64,000 nucleotides of DNA from Macrostomum lignano (Eukaryota): positions 496,001 through 560,000 of the forward strand of contig NIVC01000106.1 of assembly GCA_002269645.1 (NCBI GenBank). Direction: 5' to 3'. A model generated the notes under the pieces. The model was given only the letters and a program-made list of their open reading frames with translations, was not told the origin of the DNA and did no database searches. Numbering within the stretch: the stretch's first letter is position 1; the number at the start of each line of letters is the position of its first letter. Below are positions 40,012 to 54,000 of this stretch, piece by piece. Both the position numbers and the translations under genes were made by a program.

Positions 40012-41823
40012 ATGACTGACGACAACAAGCCAACCTGCGGACAGCGCATGAGCGCCTGCGGCCGGTTCCTCTACAACAAAGATCGAGGCACCTTTCTCGG
40101 CCGAACTCCAAAATCGTGGGCTTTAATCACCATATTCTATTTGATTTATTACTCTTGTCTGGCTGCATTTTTTGTCGGCATGCTGAGCGTACTGCTGTTC
40201 GGCATCATTGATGACACTAAGCCGATGCTGACTGGCGAACAGTCGCTGATCAGGATGAACCCGGGTCTGGGCATGCGCCCCATGCCGGATGTTGAACGGA
40301 CTCTGATTAATGTGAACGCGTCTGATCAGAAGAATCTGGACAGGCTTGTTGGTAATCTGGATCAGCTGGTTAATTCCTACTCTTCTGTGAATAAATCGCT
40401 AGAGGATCCGAATATGGAGTACGCTAACTGCAACTTGGAGGATGCTGAGGTTAGTCTGTGATTTTTTGTGTATCTTTTGCCCTAATCTACACCTGAGAAT
40501 CGGCCCTTAACTACACCTGAGAATCGGCCCTAATCTACACCTGAGAATCGGCCCTTAACTACACCTGAGAATCGGCCCTTAACTACACCTGAGAATCGGC
40601 CCTAATCTACACCTGAGAATCGGCCCTTAACTACACCTGAGAATCGGCCCTTAACTACACCTGAGAATCGGCCCTTAACTACACCTGAGAATCGGCCCTA
40701 ATCTACACCTGAGAATCGGCCCTTAACTACACCTGAGAATCGGCCCTAATCTACACCTGAGAATCAGCCCTAATCTACACCTGAGAATCGGCCCTAATCT
40801 ACACCTGAGAATCGGCCCTAATCTACACCTGAGAATCAGCCCTAAACTACACCTGAGAATCGTCCCTAGTCTACACGTGAGAGTCGCTCCTAAATTACAC
40901 CTGAGAATCGCAACTAATCTACACCTGAAAATGGCCCCTAAGCTACACCCGAGAATCGCCCCTAAGCTATACACATGAGAATCAGTCCTAAACTACACCT
41001 GAGAAATGCCCGCACCTAAACTACACCTGAGAAATGCCCGCACCTAAACTACACCTGAGAAATGCCCGCACCTAAACTATACCTGAGAAATGCCCGCACC
41101 TAAACTATACCTGAGAAATGCCCGCACCTAAACTATACCTGAGAAACGCCCGCACCTAAACTACACCTGAGAAATGCCCGCACCTAAACTATACCTGAGA
41201 AATTCCCGCACCTAAACTACACCTGAGAAATGCCCGCACCTAAACTATACCTGAGAATCGGCCCTGAACTACACCTGAAAATCGCCCCTAAACTACACCT
41301 GAGAATCTCCCCATCAACCTTATCCCCACAGGCCAACCGGGATTTCGATCCCAAGAAGAAGATCTGCCGCATCGACCCCAGTAAGCACTGGGGCAACTGC
41401 ACCTCAGCCAATAAGTTTGGCTACGAGAGCGCCACCCCGTGCGTGATAATCAAGATGAACAAGATTTATGGCTGGCTGCCGGACATCGAAGACCCGCAGC
41501 TGTCCAACCACACCCTGATGCGTTGCGAACCTGAGAATGACGGCGACAAGGCGACATTCGGCAGCGGCAGTCTGCTGTACTATCCCGGCGTGACTGTGAA
41601 CGGCACCGACTATGGCTACTTTAGTAGCGCTCTGTTCCCCTATTTGAACCAGAAGGGCTACACAACTCCGACTGTTGCTGTGAGATTCCCCAACGCTCGC
41701 CGCAATGTCCTACTGATGGTGTCCTGCCGCCTGTATAATATTAAGAACTATCGCTACGACAAGATGGACCGCGACGGTATGGTCCGATTCGAACTGCTGA
41801 TTGTCAACACTGGCAGTAGATGA
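40012..41823 (+). CDS. ATP1B: Na+/K+-ATPase beta subunit, about 309 aa, exons 40012-40449 and 41332-41823
   Basis: FLGRTPKSWALITIFYLIYY, a single TM segment, NPGLGMRPMP, PCVIIKMNKIYGWLP, FPYLNQKGY and six extracellular Cys in the three-disulfide pattern. GT-AG phase-0 intron. Confidence 0.95.
40480..41305 (+). repeat. 24-bp then 28-bp related minisatellites (CTACACCTGAGAA core) filling the ATP1B intron
   Basis: Units CTACACCTGAGAATCGGCCCTTAA and CTAAACTACACCTGAGAAATGCCCGCAC. Confidence 0.95.
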
Positions 41824-42519
41824 ATGCTGATGGATTGAAGTCAAGAAGTTGGGATTTAGTTTGATCTGAACAATACATATCTGTAGGAACCATTAAATTG
41901 TTGTTTTTTTATAGTTGGCCAAAAATTTCTAACCAAAATCACACACTTCCAAACTTTCCCGAATGGTGCACGCAAACTTGCTGAATCCAAACAAATGTTT
42001 TCCTATTTTAATGTATTTATTTGTTCAGTTTTTTTGTCTAATTATTTTATTAAACAAGCTGTTTTTTAGTTATATACATTTAGTAGATCAAAAAATTAAT
42101 CTCTCCGCCATCTCAGCTGCTCTTTAATACACGAAATTATTATTAATAGTACTCTTTATAATTATTACTCCATTAAAATAATTACATAAATCTCAATACG
42201 TATTAATGAGTTTAATTGAGAGGCTTGAATCTTTAATTAAGATTATAATTAGAAAGCTAACTTTCAACGTGTCTCCATTTTTTCCTTTCTATAGTTATTT
42301 GTTTTAATTAATTAATTAAAAACTTGTGGTTTCGTAGTTTTTTATATATTTAACAACATAGTGAAATCTAGAATGTGAAATACACAAAATTCTAAGTAAC
42401 GTTTAAGCCTTTTTTAACTCACCATCTGTTTGATATTCAAAATCATGTTATGTTCGTTTGTTTTTTTGATGTCTACTGCAATCTGAGAATTAGATTTAGG
42501 TGCTATTATATTATGAAGG

Positions 42520-43095
42520 GGTGAGGTTTCTAAGAAACTATTATAAAAAGATGGGATTTCTAAGAAACTGTTTTAAAAAAGTGTGATTTCTAAGAAATTA
42601 CTGGAGAAAGGTGAGCTTTCTATAATATGCTATAGACAGGTGAGCTTTCTAAGAATATATTTTAAATATGTGAGGTTTCTAAGAAAATGTTTTAAAAAAT
42701 GAGATTTCTACGAAACTATTATGAGGAGGTAAGATTTCTAAGTCACTCTAATATGAAATGGTGAGATTTCTTCCATGGCAGTCGGCTATGAAAAGGTGAG
42801 ATTTCTAAGGCACTCTGTTATGAAATGGTTAGATTTCTAAGGCACTCTGTTATGAAAGGGTGAGATTTCTAAGGAACTCTGTTATGAAATGGTGAGATTT
42901 CTAAGGCACTCTGTTATGAAAGGATGAGATTTCTAAGGCACTCTGTTATGAAAGGGTGAGATTTCTAAGGCACTCTGTTATGAAATGGTGAGATTTCTAA
43001 GGCACTCTGTTATGAAAGGGTGAGATTTCTAAGGCACTCTGTTATGAAAGGGTGAGATTTCTAAGAAACTCGAATATGAAATGGTGAGATTTCTA
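42520..43095 (+). repeat. 32-bp minisatellite (GAGATTTCTAAGGCACTCTGTTATGAAAGGGT), intergenic, degenerate at its left end
   Basis: Direct reading. Confidence 0.88.
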
Positions 43096-43564
43096 TGCCA
43101 TTCTTATATTAGGGGTGGTTGATTCATAAGCTAAAAAGCTAATTTAGATGCTATGCTAGATGCTAGTATTTAGCGGTAAGGTTTGCAAGCTGATTCAAAA
43201 TTTATTGGGGCTAGCTATGCTTTGAAAATTTTCTTTAATCTAGGGATTAAATATCGTAATATGTATCTAGTGGTTAGATATAGCATGAGATAATCTCAAA
43301 TTCTAGGGGTGAGATTCCTGAAATAGTCTCAAATGATAGAGTTGAGATTGTTGAGTCAGTGATTATGTTTCGCGTGGACAGTTTCATAGTTATATGCTGC
43401 CTAAATGAACTTTTATTCACTTCAAAGTTGTCCAAGCCAGGTATTGGGATTTCTATATTGTCGCCTAATGTATTTATGCAATCAATAAAACTATGCATGC
43501 CGATTTTAATTTTGGCACCGACTGCTAATCAGCTAGCGAGCTCTGACAACCAAGCCGTAACCTC

Positions 43565-46500
43565 ATGGATCCGTGGCGTTTGGCGCCGGAGGACCGGCTG
43601 AAATACGAGTCCCAATTCGCTGCTTTGGGTCCCTCGGGCGGCTTCATCACCGGCCAGCAGGCTAGGGGTCATTTTCTATTGAGCAATTTGCCATCCACCG
43701 AGCTGGCTAGGATTTGGCAACTGGCCGATTACGATGCCGATGGCCGAATGAGTCTGGCTGAGTTCTGTGCGGCTTGCTTTTTGATTCGGCGCCGGTTGCA
43801 GGTGCGAATTAGGCTTGAGGGCGCCTGGAGGGATGGCGGTGTCTTTTTGAAGTTCTAGGCGGGAGTGGGGTGGGGCGGTAGCGGCGGCTCTTATGTTTTT
43901 AGGCGGAGGGGGATTGGCGGTGGCGGCTCTTTGATGTTCTTTGTGGTAGTGGGTTTGGAGTGGCGGCGGTTCTTTGAAGTTCTTGGCGGGAGTGGGGTGG
44001 GGGCTGCGGCGGCTCTTTGAAGTTCTAGGCGGGAGTGGTGGGGTGCGGGGTCGGTTCTTTGAAGTTATATGCGGGATTGGGGTGGGGGCTGCGGCGGCTC
44101 TTTGAAGTTCTAGGCGGGAGTGGTGGGGTGCGGGGCCGGTTCTTTGAAGTTATATGCGGGATTGGGGTGGGGGCGGTAGCGGCGGCTCTTATGTTTTTAG
44201 GCGGAGGGGGATTGGCGGTGGCGGCTCTTTGATGTTCTATGCGGTAGTGGGTTTGGGGTGGCGGCGGTTCTTTGAAGTTCTTGGCGGGAGTGGGGTGGGG
44301 GCGGCGGTGGCTCTTTGAAGTTCTAGGCGGGAGTGGTGGGGTGCGGGGCCGGTTCTTTAAAGTTATATGCGGGATTGGGGTGGGGGCGGTAGCGGCGGCT
44401 CTTATGTTTTTAGGCGGAGGGGGATTGGCGGCGGCGGCTCTTTGAAGTTCTAGACGGGAGTGGGTTGCGGGGCCGGTTCTTTGAAGTTCTACGCGGGATT
44501 GGGGTGGGGCGGTGGTGGCTTTTTGAAGTTCTAGCCAGGAGTCGTGGGGTGCGGGGCCGGTTCTTTAAAGTTCTAGGCGGGATTGGGTGGGATGTGGGGC
44601 AGCTCTTTGAAGTTCTAGGCGGGAGTGGGGCGGGGTGGCGGCGGCTCTTTGAAGTTTTAGGCGGGAGTGGGGTGGCGGCGACGGCGGCGACGGCTCTTTG
44701 AAGTGCCGACAGGCGGTAAGGTAGTTAAGCTGTGGGGGTGCTATATAATATCGCACCATCTTCATTCCAGGGCTATCCATTGCCGGACTCGCTGCCACCC
44801 AGTCTGTTGCAGCTTCCTCAAGCAGGGCCAGTGGCTTCATCAGCAGCTCCATCAAGTGCCGTTTCTCTGTCGGGCTCAATGTCCTCCAATCTTTCCTCTT
44901 CGAGTCAGCAGCTGTCTCACTCGTCGGAGGATTGGTCCGTGCCCAGCAATATTCGAGCCAAGTACAAGTTGCGATTCAACCAGGAGGATCGGATGCGCAA
45001 AGGCTACCTCACTGGCCTGGAGGCCCGGTCCTGTCTGATGCAGAGCGGGCTCAACCAGACTGTGCTTGCTCAGGTAATTACAGTGCTTAATCCATTGGGG
45101 TTTTGTCTGTTATGAATTTTGTATTGCTCTTGTGACATTGACATTTCTGAACGATTTATCTGTCTAACACCCTCTCGCAAAGTTTAGTCTGTCTAACATT
45201 CTGTATCCCCTCTAACCAGTTGGTATGCGTAACACCCCTCTCTAACAAGTTGGTATGTCTAACACCCCCTCTCTAACCAGTTGGTATGTGTAACACCCCC
45301 TATCTCACCAGTTGGTATGTATAATACCCCCTCTCTAACAACCAGTTGATGTGTCTAACACCCCCCTCTAACTAATTGGTGTGCCTCACACCCCTCTAAC
45401 AAATTGGTGTGCCTAACACCCCCTCTAACCAGTTGGAATGCCTAACGCCCTCTATTTGGCCGTTCAGCCTGTCTATCACCCTCTGTATCTAACCATTTAG
45501 CCTGTCTAACACTGTCTCTAACCATTCAGCCTGTCTAACACCCTCTGTCTCTAAACTTTTGGCCTCTAGCTCCCTGTCTCTGACCTTTTGGTCTGTCTAA
45601 CACCTTCCTCATCTAACACCCCCAATCCCCGCAGATCTGGGGCCTGGCCGACATCGATCGTGACGGCCGTCTCGGACCCGACGAGTTTGTCCTTGCCATG
45701 TACTTTGTCGATCAGTGCTTAGCCAACAAGCCTCTGCCGTCTACACTTCCATCCGATATGCTTCCGCCAAGCTTCCGGCAGCAGCAGCAATTCCAGCAAC
45801 AGCAGCCACAACATCAACAGCAGTTTCATCAACCGGCTCGTCCAGCTTCCGCGGCAGCAGTCGAACCGCCGCCTCAGCGTCGAATCTCCCAGGACAGCGG
45901 CGGCGGCGGCGGAGTTGCCGACGTGTTCAAACAGTCCAGCACTCTGGAAGAGAAACGATTGGAAAATTTCCGTCGAGGCCAGGCTGAATTGGAGAAACGG
46001 CGCGAGGCGCTGCAGGAACAGATGCGAGCGATGGAGGAGGCCCGACTGGCTAAGGAGCGGGCTGAGCAGGTCTGTTTTATGAAGATTCGCGGCGCTTTTC
46101 TACCTTGTTCTCGTAATATACAATAGTAGTTAAGTTGAGACAGTTTTTCAGTCAGAAGAGACATTGAAGTATTGTCAAATTAGGTCAGAAAGGATCAGAT
46201 AAGATTGGGTCAGAAAGGAATGCATCGAGTCACATTGGGTCACATAAGGTCAGAAAGGGTCACATTGGGTCAGAAAAGGTCACATAGGGTCAGAAAAGGT
46301 CACATAGGGTCAAAAAGGTCACAAGGTCAGAAAGGTTACATAGGGACACAGAAGGTCAGAAATTGTCACATAAGGCCAGGAAGGGTTACGTTCGGTCTCA
46401 TAGCAAAAGCAAGCCCTTCAAATCTTACCAATAAACCGGCAGTTAATTGTCCTTTTTTATCTTCGCCACAGGAGAAGCAAGAGCAAGCCCGCCTAGCCAA

Positions 46501-49500
46501 AGAGCGCGCCCGCCAGCAGGAGCTGGAGCGCCAGCGCGAGGCCCAGCGCGCCCTGGAAGCCGAGCGCGAAGCGGCCCGCCGGAAAGCCGCCGAAGAGCGC
46601 GAACGGGCCCGGCTGGAGTCCGAGCGGGCCAGGCTAGAAGCTGTTGAGCAGCAGCGAGCCGCGGCAGCCAATCAGAAGCTGGCCCAGGAGCAGGACCTCC
46701 TAGCTCAGGCTGAGCAGCGGGAGGCCAACTTTCGTCAGGAGTTGGAGAATCTCACTGAGAAGGGTCGGGAATGCCAGCAGCGGGCTGAGAAGCATCGAGG
46801 CGAAATTGAGCAGCACAAGGCTGAGATTGAGGCTATGCGAGTTAAGCGAGATCAGCTGTTAGCTGATATTAGCGCTAAGCAGGTGCGTAACTGTGTCATT
46901 GCGACTCTGAATGAGCGACTCAAAAGTGAGTTATCTCTGGACTCATTATGACTCATTTATGAGTCATCTCTTATGACTCATTGAGTCATTTCTTATGATG
47001 CCTCTAATTAATCATTAAATCATCTATTATGAGCCCTCTTAATGAGTGACTTGAAATGTGGTTTAGATCCGTTTTTTTGAATCTGGCTCTGTCCAGCCTC
47101 GTATATTTATGAGCAGCTTAAAGTGGGTCATTTATAAGTGGTTCATTATGAGTCATCACCTATGACTCATTTAACAAGTGATCCAGTTTTTTGACTGGAA
47201 TATATTTTTTATGACCCTCCCTTCCAGGTTGATCTTGAGAAGAAGCGCTCAGCTGTTGAAGCAATCCAGCGTGCTAAAGAGGAACTGTCGCTGAAGCTGC
47301 TGCAGAGCGATCCCCTGGAAGAGCATAGGAAAACGCTGGAATCTAATATTTCCACTAAGAAGAAGGACGTTGCTGAGGCTAAAGCCAAGTAATTACAGAG
47401 TTGAATTGTATATTGCTACATATTAGTTATTAGGTTAAAAGTACACACTAAAATTATATAACAGATTACAAAAGATTCAATTACGTATTGCTTCCAGATT
47501 ACATGGTTATCATATTAGATTATATTATCTAATTAAACATTACTACAGATTAGATTGCAGATTGCTACACAGATTAGATTGCAGATTACTGCACAGATTA
47601 GATTGCAGATTACTGCACAGATTAGATTACAGATTGCTACACAGATTAGATTGCAGATTGCTACACAGATTAGATTACAGATTACTACACAGATTAGATT
47701 GCAGATTACTGCACAGATTAGATTGCAGATTACTGCACAGATTAGATTACAGATTGCTACACAGATTAGATTGCAGATTGCTACACAGATTAGATTACAG
47801 ATTACTACACAGATTAGATTGCAGATTGCTACACAGATTAGATTGCAGATTACTACACAGATTAGATTGCAGATTGCTACACAGATTAGATTGCAGATTG
47901 CTACACAGATTAGATTGCAGATTGCTACACAGATTAGATTGCAGATTGCTACACAGATTAGATTGCAGATTGCTACACAGATTAGATTGCAGATTGCTAC
48001 ACAGATTAGATTGCAGATTGCTACACAGATTAGATTGCAGATTGCTACACAGATTGGATTGCAGATTGCTACACAGATTGAATTACTACATATTCAATTT
48101 TAAATATTTAAATCCCCTTCTGATGCAGATCAACAGAAGCTGAGCGAGCCCTCACCAAGCGAGGCGAAGAGCTGGCCAACACCAGAAACCGCATAGTCCG
48201 CAGTCGAACCGAGGCGGACAAAATTCGTGCAGAAATTTCCAAAGTGAAATCGCGAATACTACAAGAGCAACAGAAGCAGCAAAAGCAGACGCAGAAGCAG
48301 CCAACAGTGGAAAATGCCAAGCCAAAGCAGCCAGATTTCGGAGCCAATCTGTTCGGCGATAGCGACGACTTCTTTGCGCCTTCATCGACGTCGCCCTGGC
48401 CACCGACGGCGACAACTGGAGGAGGCGGCGGCGAAGAGGCCGCTGCTACAGCCGCTTCTGAGAATGGATTCGGCTGGGCCGACTCAGACTGGACCTCCAC
48501 TGGCCCGACCGATAGCAACAATCTTGGCGATATGTTCTCGCAGCAGCAACAGCCGCAGCAAAAGAAGCCGATATCAACAGCTGGCAACGCCGTTTCGGGC
48601 CATAGAAGCTTTGAAGATGAAATTGAGGCGGAGAAGTCCAGTCAGGACAGGAAAAATTGGGAAGCGTTTCAAGCCGCTTTCGGTGGATTGAAACAAGCGC
48701 CTGCGGTGGCGGCCTCGGAGCCTGTTTATGACGATATTCGAACGAGTTATCGAGCACTGTACGATTTCACTGGCAGCCGGCACGACGAGATGTCCATTCA
48801 AGTTGGCGAGTTGATTATTGCTAGCGCTGCTGAGCAGACTGGGGTGGAAGCGAGTTGGTTGTTTGCTAGGTAATTTGAGCTAATTGTACTCTATTGTATG
48901 TTTAGGTACTCAAATAGATACTTGGGTACTCAAATAGAATACTCAGATAGACACTTAGGCACTCATATAGACACTTAGGTACTCAGATAGACACTTAGGT
49001 ACTCAGATAGACACTTAGGTACTCAGATAGACACTTAGGTACTCATATAGACACTTAGGTGCTCAGATAGACACTTAGGTACTCAAATAGACACTTAGGT
49101 ACTCAGATAGACACTTAGGTACTCAGATAGACACTTAGGTACTCAGATAGACACTTAAGTACTCAAATAGACACTTAGGTACTCAGATAGACACTTAGGT
49201 ACTCATATAGACACTTAGGTACTCAGATAGACACTTAGGTACTCAGATAGACACTTAGGTACTCATATAGACACTTAGGTACTCAGATAGACACTTAGGT
49301 ACTCAGATAGACACTTAGGTACTCATATAGACACTTAAGTACTCAGATAGACACTTAGGTACTCAGATAGACACTTAAGTACTCAGATAGACACTTAGGT
49401 ACTCATATAGACACTTAAGTACTCAGATAGACACTTAGGTACTCAAATAGACACTTAGGTACTCAGATAGACACTTAGGTACTCATATAGACACTTAAGT

Positions 49501-50768
49501 ACTCATATAGACACTTAAGTACTCAGATAGACACTTAGGTACTCAAATAGACACTTAGATACTCAAATAGACACTTAGGTACTCATATAGACACTTAGGT
49601 ACTCAAATAGACACTTAGATACTCAAATAGACACTTAGGTACTCAGATAGACACTTAGGTACTCAGATAGACACTTAGGTACTCAGATAGACACTTAGGT
49701 ACTCAGATAGACACTTAGGTACTTAACAGACAAGTACCCAGAATTCGTTAAGCAGACACTATCCTAATGAAAACTTCTCCGTGTCCACAGATGCGGTTCC
49801 GACCGCGCCGGCCTGGTGCCTCGCAACTACGTCGCCGAAGAAGGCACGGCCGAGGCGGCCGCCGCCGAAGCAGCAGCAGCGGCCGAGCCCTACGACAAGC
49901 TGCCCAACGACGCTCCCCCAGTTCCAGCGTCGTTTCCACCCGGTGGACACGACGAAACAGCGAGCGCCTTCTCTAAGGTGACCAAACTGTCGGCGCCATA
50001 CACGGCGGTTGCCATGGCCGAGCATCACGCGGCCAGCCCCTCCGAGCTGAGTCTGACCATCGGCTGCGAGGTGAGCGTCAGCATGCGCAAGGACAACTGG
50101 CTGTTTGGCCGTTCAATGACTGACAGCTCGGAGGGCTGGTTCCCGTCTGGTTGCGTCACCACCGAGCAGCAGAGTAGCGACTATGTCAACGTGCCGGTTG
50201 TGGCTCCTCCTGCATCGGCAACCGCCCAGCAACAGAGAATTGTTGTGTCGCTCTACCAGTTCGACAGCGGCACGCCTGGCGACTTGAATTTCGGCGTAGC
50301 AGAAGAAATTGTTGTGATTAGCGACGGCCTTGGAGACTGGTGGGAGGGCTACCTGCGAAGGGACCCGGCGCAGAGGGGCATTTTCCCCGCTAACTTTGTC
50401 ACCGAGAGGGCCGGCTCGGCTGCTTCCGGTGCGTGCTAGAGATGCTTGTGGCTTGTTTCGTCTGTGTGCCTGTCTGTCTGTGTCTGTGTGCCTGTCTGTC
50501 TGTCTGTCTGTGTCTGTGTGCCTGTCTGTGTGTCTGTCTGTGTCTGTGTGCCTGTCTGTCTGTGTCTGTGTGCCTGTCGGTCTGTCTGTCTGTCTGTCTG
50601 TCTGTGTGCCTGTCTGTCTGTCTGTCTGTCTGTCTGTGTGCCTGTCTGTCTGTCTGTCTGTGTCTGTGTGCCTGTCTGTCTGTCTGTCTGTGTCTGTGTG
50701 CCTGTCTGCCTGCCTGCCTGTCTGTGTGCCTGTCTGTCTGTCTGCCTGTCTGTCTGTGTCTGTGTGCC

Positions 50769-50802
<34 letters not shown>

Positions 50803-50908
50803 CCTGCCTGTCTGTCTGTCTGTCTGTCTATCTGTCTGTCTGTCTGTCTGCCTGCCTGCCTGCCTGCCTGTCTGTCTGTCAGTGTGTCTGTCTGTCTGCC
50901 TGCCTGCC

Positions 50909-50947
<39 letters not shown>

Positions 50948-50957
50948 GTGCCTGTCG

Positions 50958-51003
<46 letters not shown>

Positions 51004-51045
51004 GTGCCTGTCGGTCTGTCTGTCTGTCTGTCTGTGTGCCTGTCG

Positions 51046-51099
<54 letters not shown>

Positions 51100-54000
51100 G
51101 TGTCTGGAAAAACCTGGACCTCTCTCCCCTATACTGCTTTTATTTCCTGTCGCACAAAATTCTTTGTATTCAAAATTCAAAATTCTTGAAACGCATAAAA
51201 TTCTTATATCATCAATATTTTAGGCGCCGCGGCCGCCACATCTGACCCGTTCGGCGACGCGTCGGCGACCAGCGCCGCAGCAGATCCGTTCGCCGACGCC
51301 GCCTCCGCCTTCGACTCGGCGCCCAGCTCCGTATTCGATCAGCAGCCTCAGCAACAGCCTCAGCAACAGCCTCAGCAGCAGCCTCAGCAGCAGCAAGAAA
51401 TCGCCATAGCAACCGCCCCATTCGAAGCCGGCGGCGAGGGCCAGCTGTCGCTCCGAGTCGGCATGCGAATCGTAGTTAAAAAGAAGCCGGCCAGCGGCTG
51501 GTGGAACGGCGAAGTGGTTGAGAACGGCGTCAAACGTATCGGCTGGTTCCCAGCTTCCTATACTAAATTGGAACAACCCTCGGTTGCTAACGACCAGCGA
51601 CCGGCATCCAGACAGAGCGTCACCTCCAATCAGTCCATGCCTACCAGCGCCGCGCCCGTGGCCTCAGCTGCTCCCCAGGATCGGTTAAAGAAATCCTCAG
51701 TTCATACCGCTGGAGCCGCCTCCGTGTCCGCCTCCACCCCGAACCTGTTCGCCTCGGCTGGTAAGAAAGCCGCTACGCCTACATTATCAGGCTCCATGTC
51801 CGCTCAGCAGCAGCCCACGGCGGCGTTGTCAATGGCAACCAGCGATGACGCTCTATCGTCTAGTTATAACAAAGCTCCATCGTCTAGCGTTGAACGAGTG
51901 GTTGCTAAGTATCGCTATCAGGCTCGAAATGACGACGAGTTGACGTTTGAAAAAGGAACAATTATCACGGTGAGTAGTTTGTAAGGCTAATTATTGTTTT
52001 GCAAATCCACTGTTTGTTCACGTGTTGTGTTCTTTATTAATCCCACTTTATTATGCTTCAATCTTATAATCCATGTTTATGTAGATTTTGCCTATGTTGA
52101 TTGAGTTCATCAAAAATATGCTAGGCCATAAAAGTGCGACGTTTTCGGAGTGAGATTTAGACATTTAGAGTGACAATTCATTGCAAGACTAAGATCATTT
52201 TCGGAGTGCTGTATAATTTTATTTTTTAGAGTGACATTCTGGAATTGACATTTTCAGAGTGACATTATGGGAGTGCCATTTCCAGAGTGACATTATGGGA
52301 GTGCCATTTCCAGAGTGACATTATGGAAGTGCCATTTCTAGAGTGACATTATGGGAGTGCCATTTCCAGAGTGAAATTATGGGGGTGCCATTTTCAGAGT
52401 GACATTTTGGGAGTGAAATTTTGGGAGTTATAGAAGTATACAGAGTGGAGAATTAATTTGGAGTGACATTTTTTCAAGTTTCAACATTGGCACCTATTAT
52501 TGATTTATGGTCGAGCCACAGCCAGTTTAAAATTTCATAATTTCAATTTTATTATCCTAGCTGCTAATATTATGCAGGATGTACTTTTTATATTTGATTT
52601 TAGTAAACTGTAAAATCAAATTCAACTGTACCTTGGCAGATGAAATGTGTATATTTTATCCTAGAACTGTATCCCCCACTCATTTGCAGGGGAATGATAA
52701 TGAGAAGGATTAATTAATTCTCTATATATTAAAAGCTACAAATCATATCTTTTGATTGTTAAAACATTCGATTAATTTATATTTCAATGACAATTTTGAT
52801 TGATTTTAATTATTCATTCACTCTCTTAGAATTATAATAATCAAATAGGGTGCTTTTTAAATCATATTCAATTTATATATTCGACGATAACATTATTTAG
52901 TTAAATATATTTATAATATCACTACTTTATGAAAACTGATACTCTAATAGGCACAAAAATACAACGCAGGATAGAGTATCATTCTAATAAATGTTTATAG
53001 ATATTCATATCTTCAAATATGCTTCATTTTATTGACGATTTTCAATTATTTAGCGCCACCCTCCCAGACTCTCCAGTGGGGTTATGCCACCCTCCCAGAC
53101 TCTCCAGTGGGGTTATGTCACCCTCCCAGACTCTCCAGTGGGGTTATGCCACCCTCCCAGACTCTCCAGTGGGGTTATGTCACCCTCCCAGACTCTCCAG
53201 TGGCGTTATGCCACCCTCCCAGACTCTCCAGTGGGGTTATGCCACTCTCTCAGACTCTCCAGTGGGGTTATGTCACTCTCCCAGACTCTCCAGTGGGGTT
53301 ATGCCACCCTCCCAGACTCTCCAGTGGGGTTATGCCACCCTCCCAGACCCTCCAGTGGGGTTATGTCACACTCCCAGACTCTCCAGTGGGGTTATGTCAC
53401 CCTCCCAGACTCTCCAGTGGGGTTATGCCACCCTCCCAGACTCTCCAGTGGGGTTATGTCACCCTCCCAGACTCTCCAGTGGGGTTATGCCACCCTCCCA
53501 GACTCTCCAGTGGGGTTATGTCACCCTCCCAGACTCTCCAGTGGGGTTATGCCACCCTCCCAGACTCTCCAGTGGGGTTATGTCACCCTCCCAGACTCTC
53601 CAGTGGCGTTATGCCACCCTCCCAGACTCTCCAGTGGGGTTATGCCACCCTCCCAGACTCTCCAGTGGGGTTATGCCACCCTCCCAGACTCTCCAGTGGG
53701 GTTATGCCACCCTCCCAGACTCTCCAGTGGGGTTATGCCACCCTCCCAGACTCTCCAGTGGGGTTATGCCACCCTCCCAGACTCTCCAGTGGCGTTATGC
53801 CACCCTACCAGACTCTCCAGTGGCGTTATGCCACTCTCTCAGACTCTCCAGTGGGGTTATGCCACCCTCCCAGACTCTCCAGTGGGGTTATGCCACTCTC
53901 TCAGACTCTCCAGTGGGGTTATGCCACCCTCCCAGACTCTCCAGTGGGGTTATGCCACTCTCCCAGACTCTCCAGTGGGGTTATGCCACCCTCCCAGACT

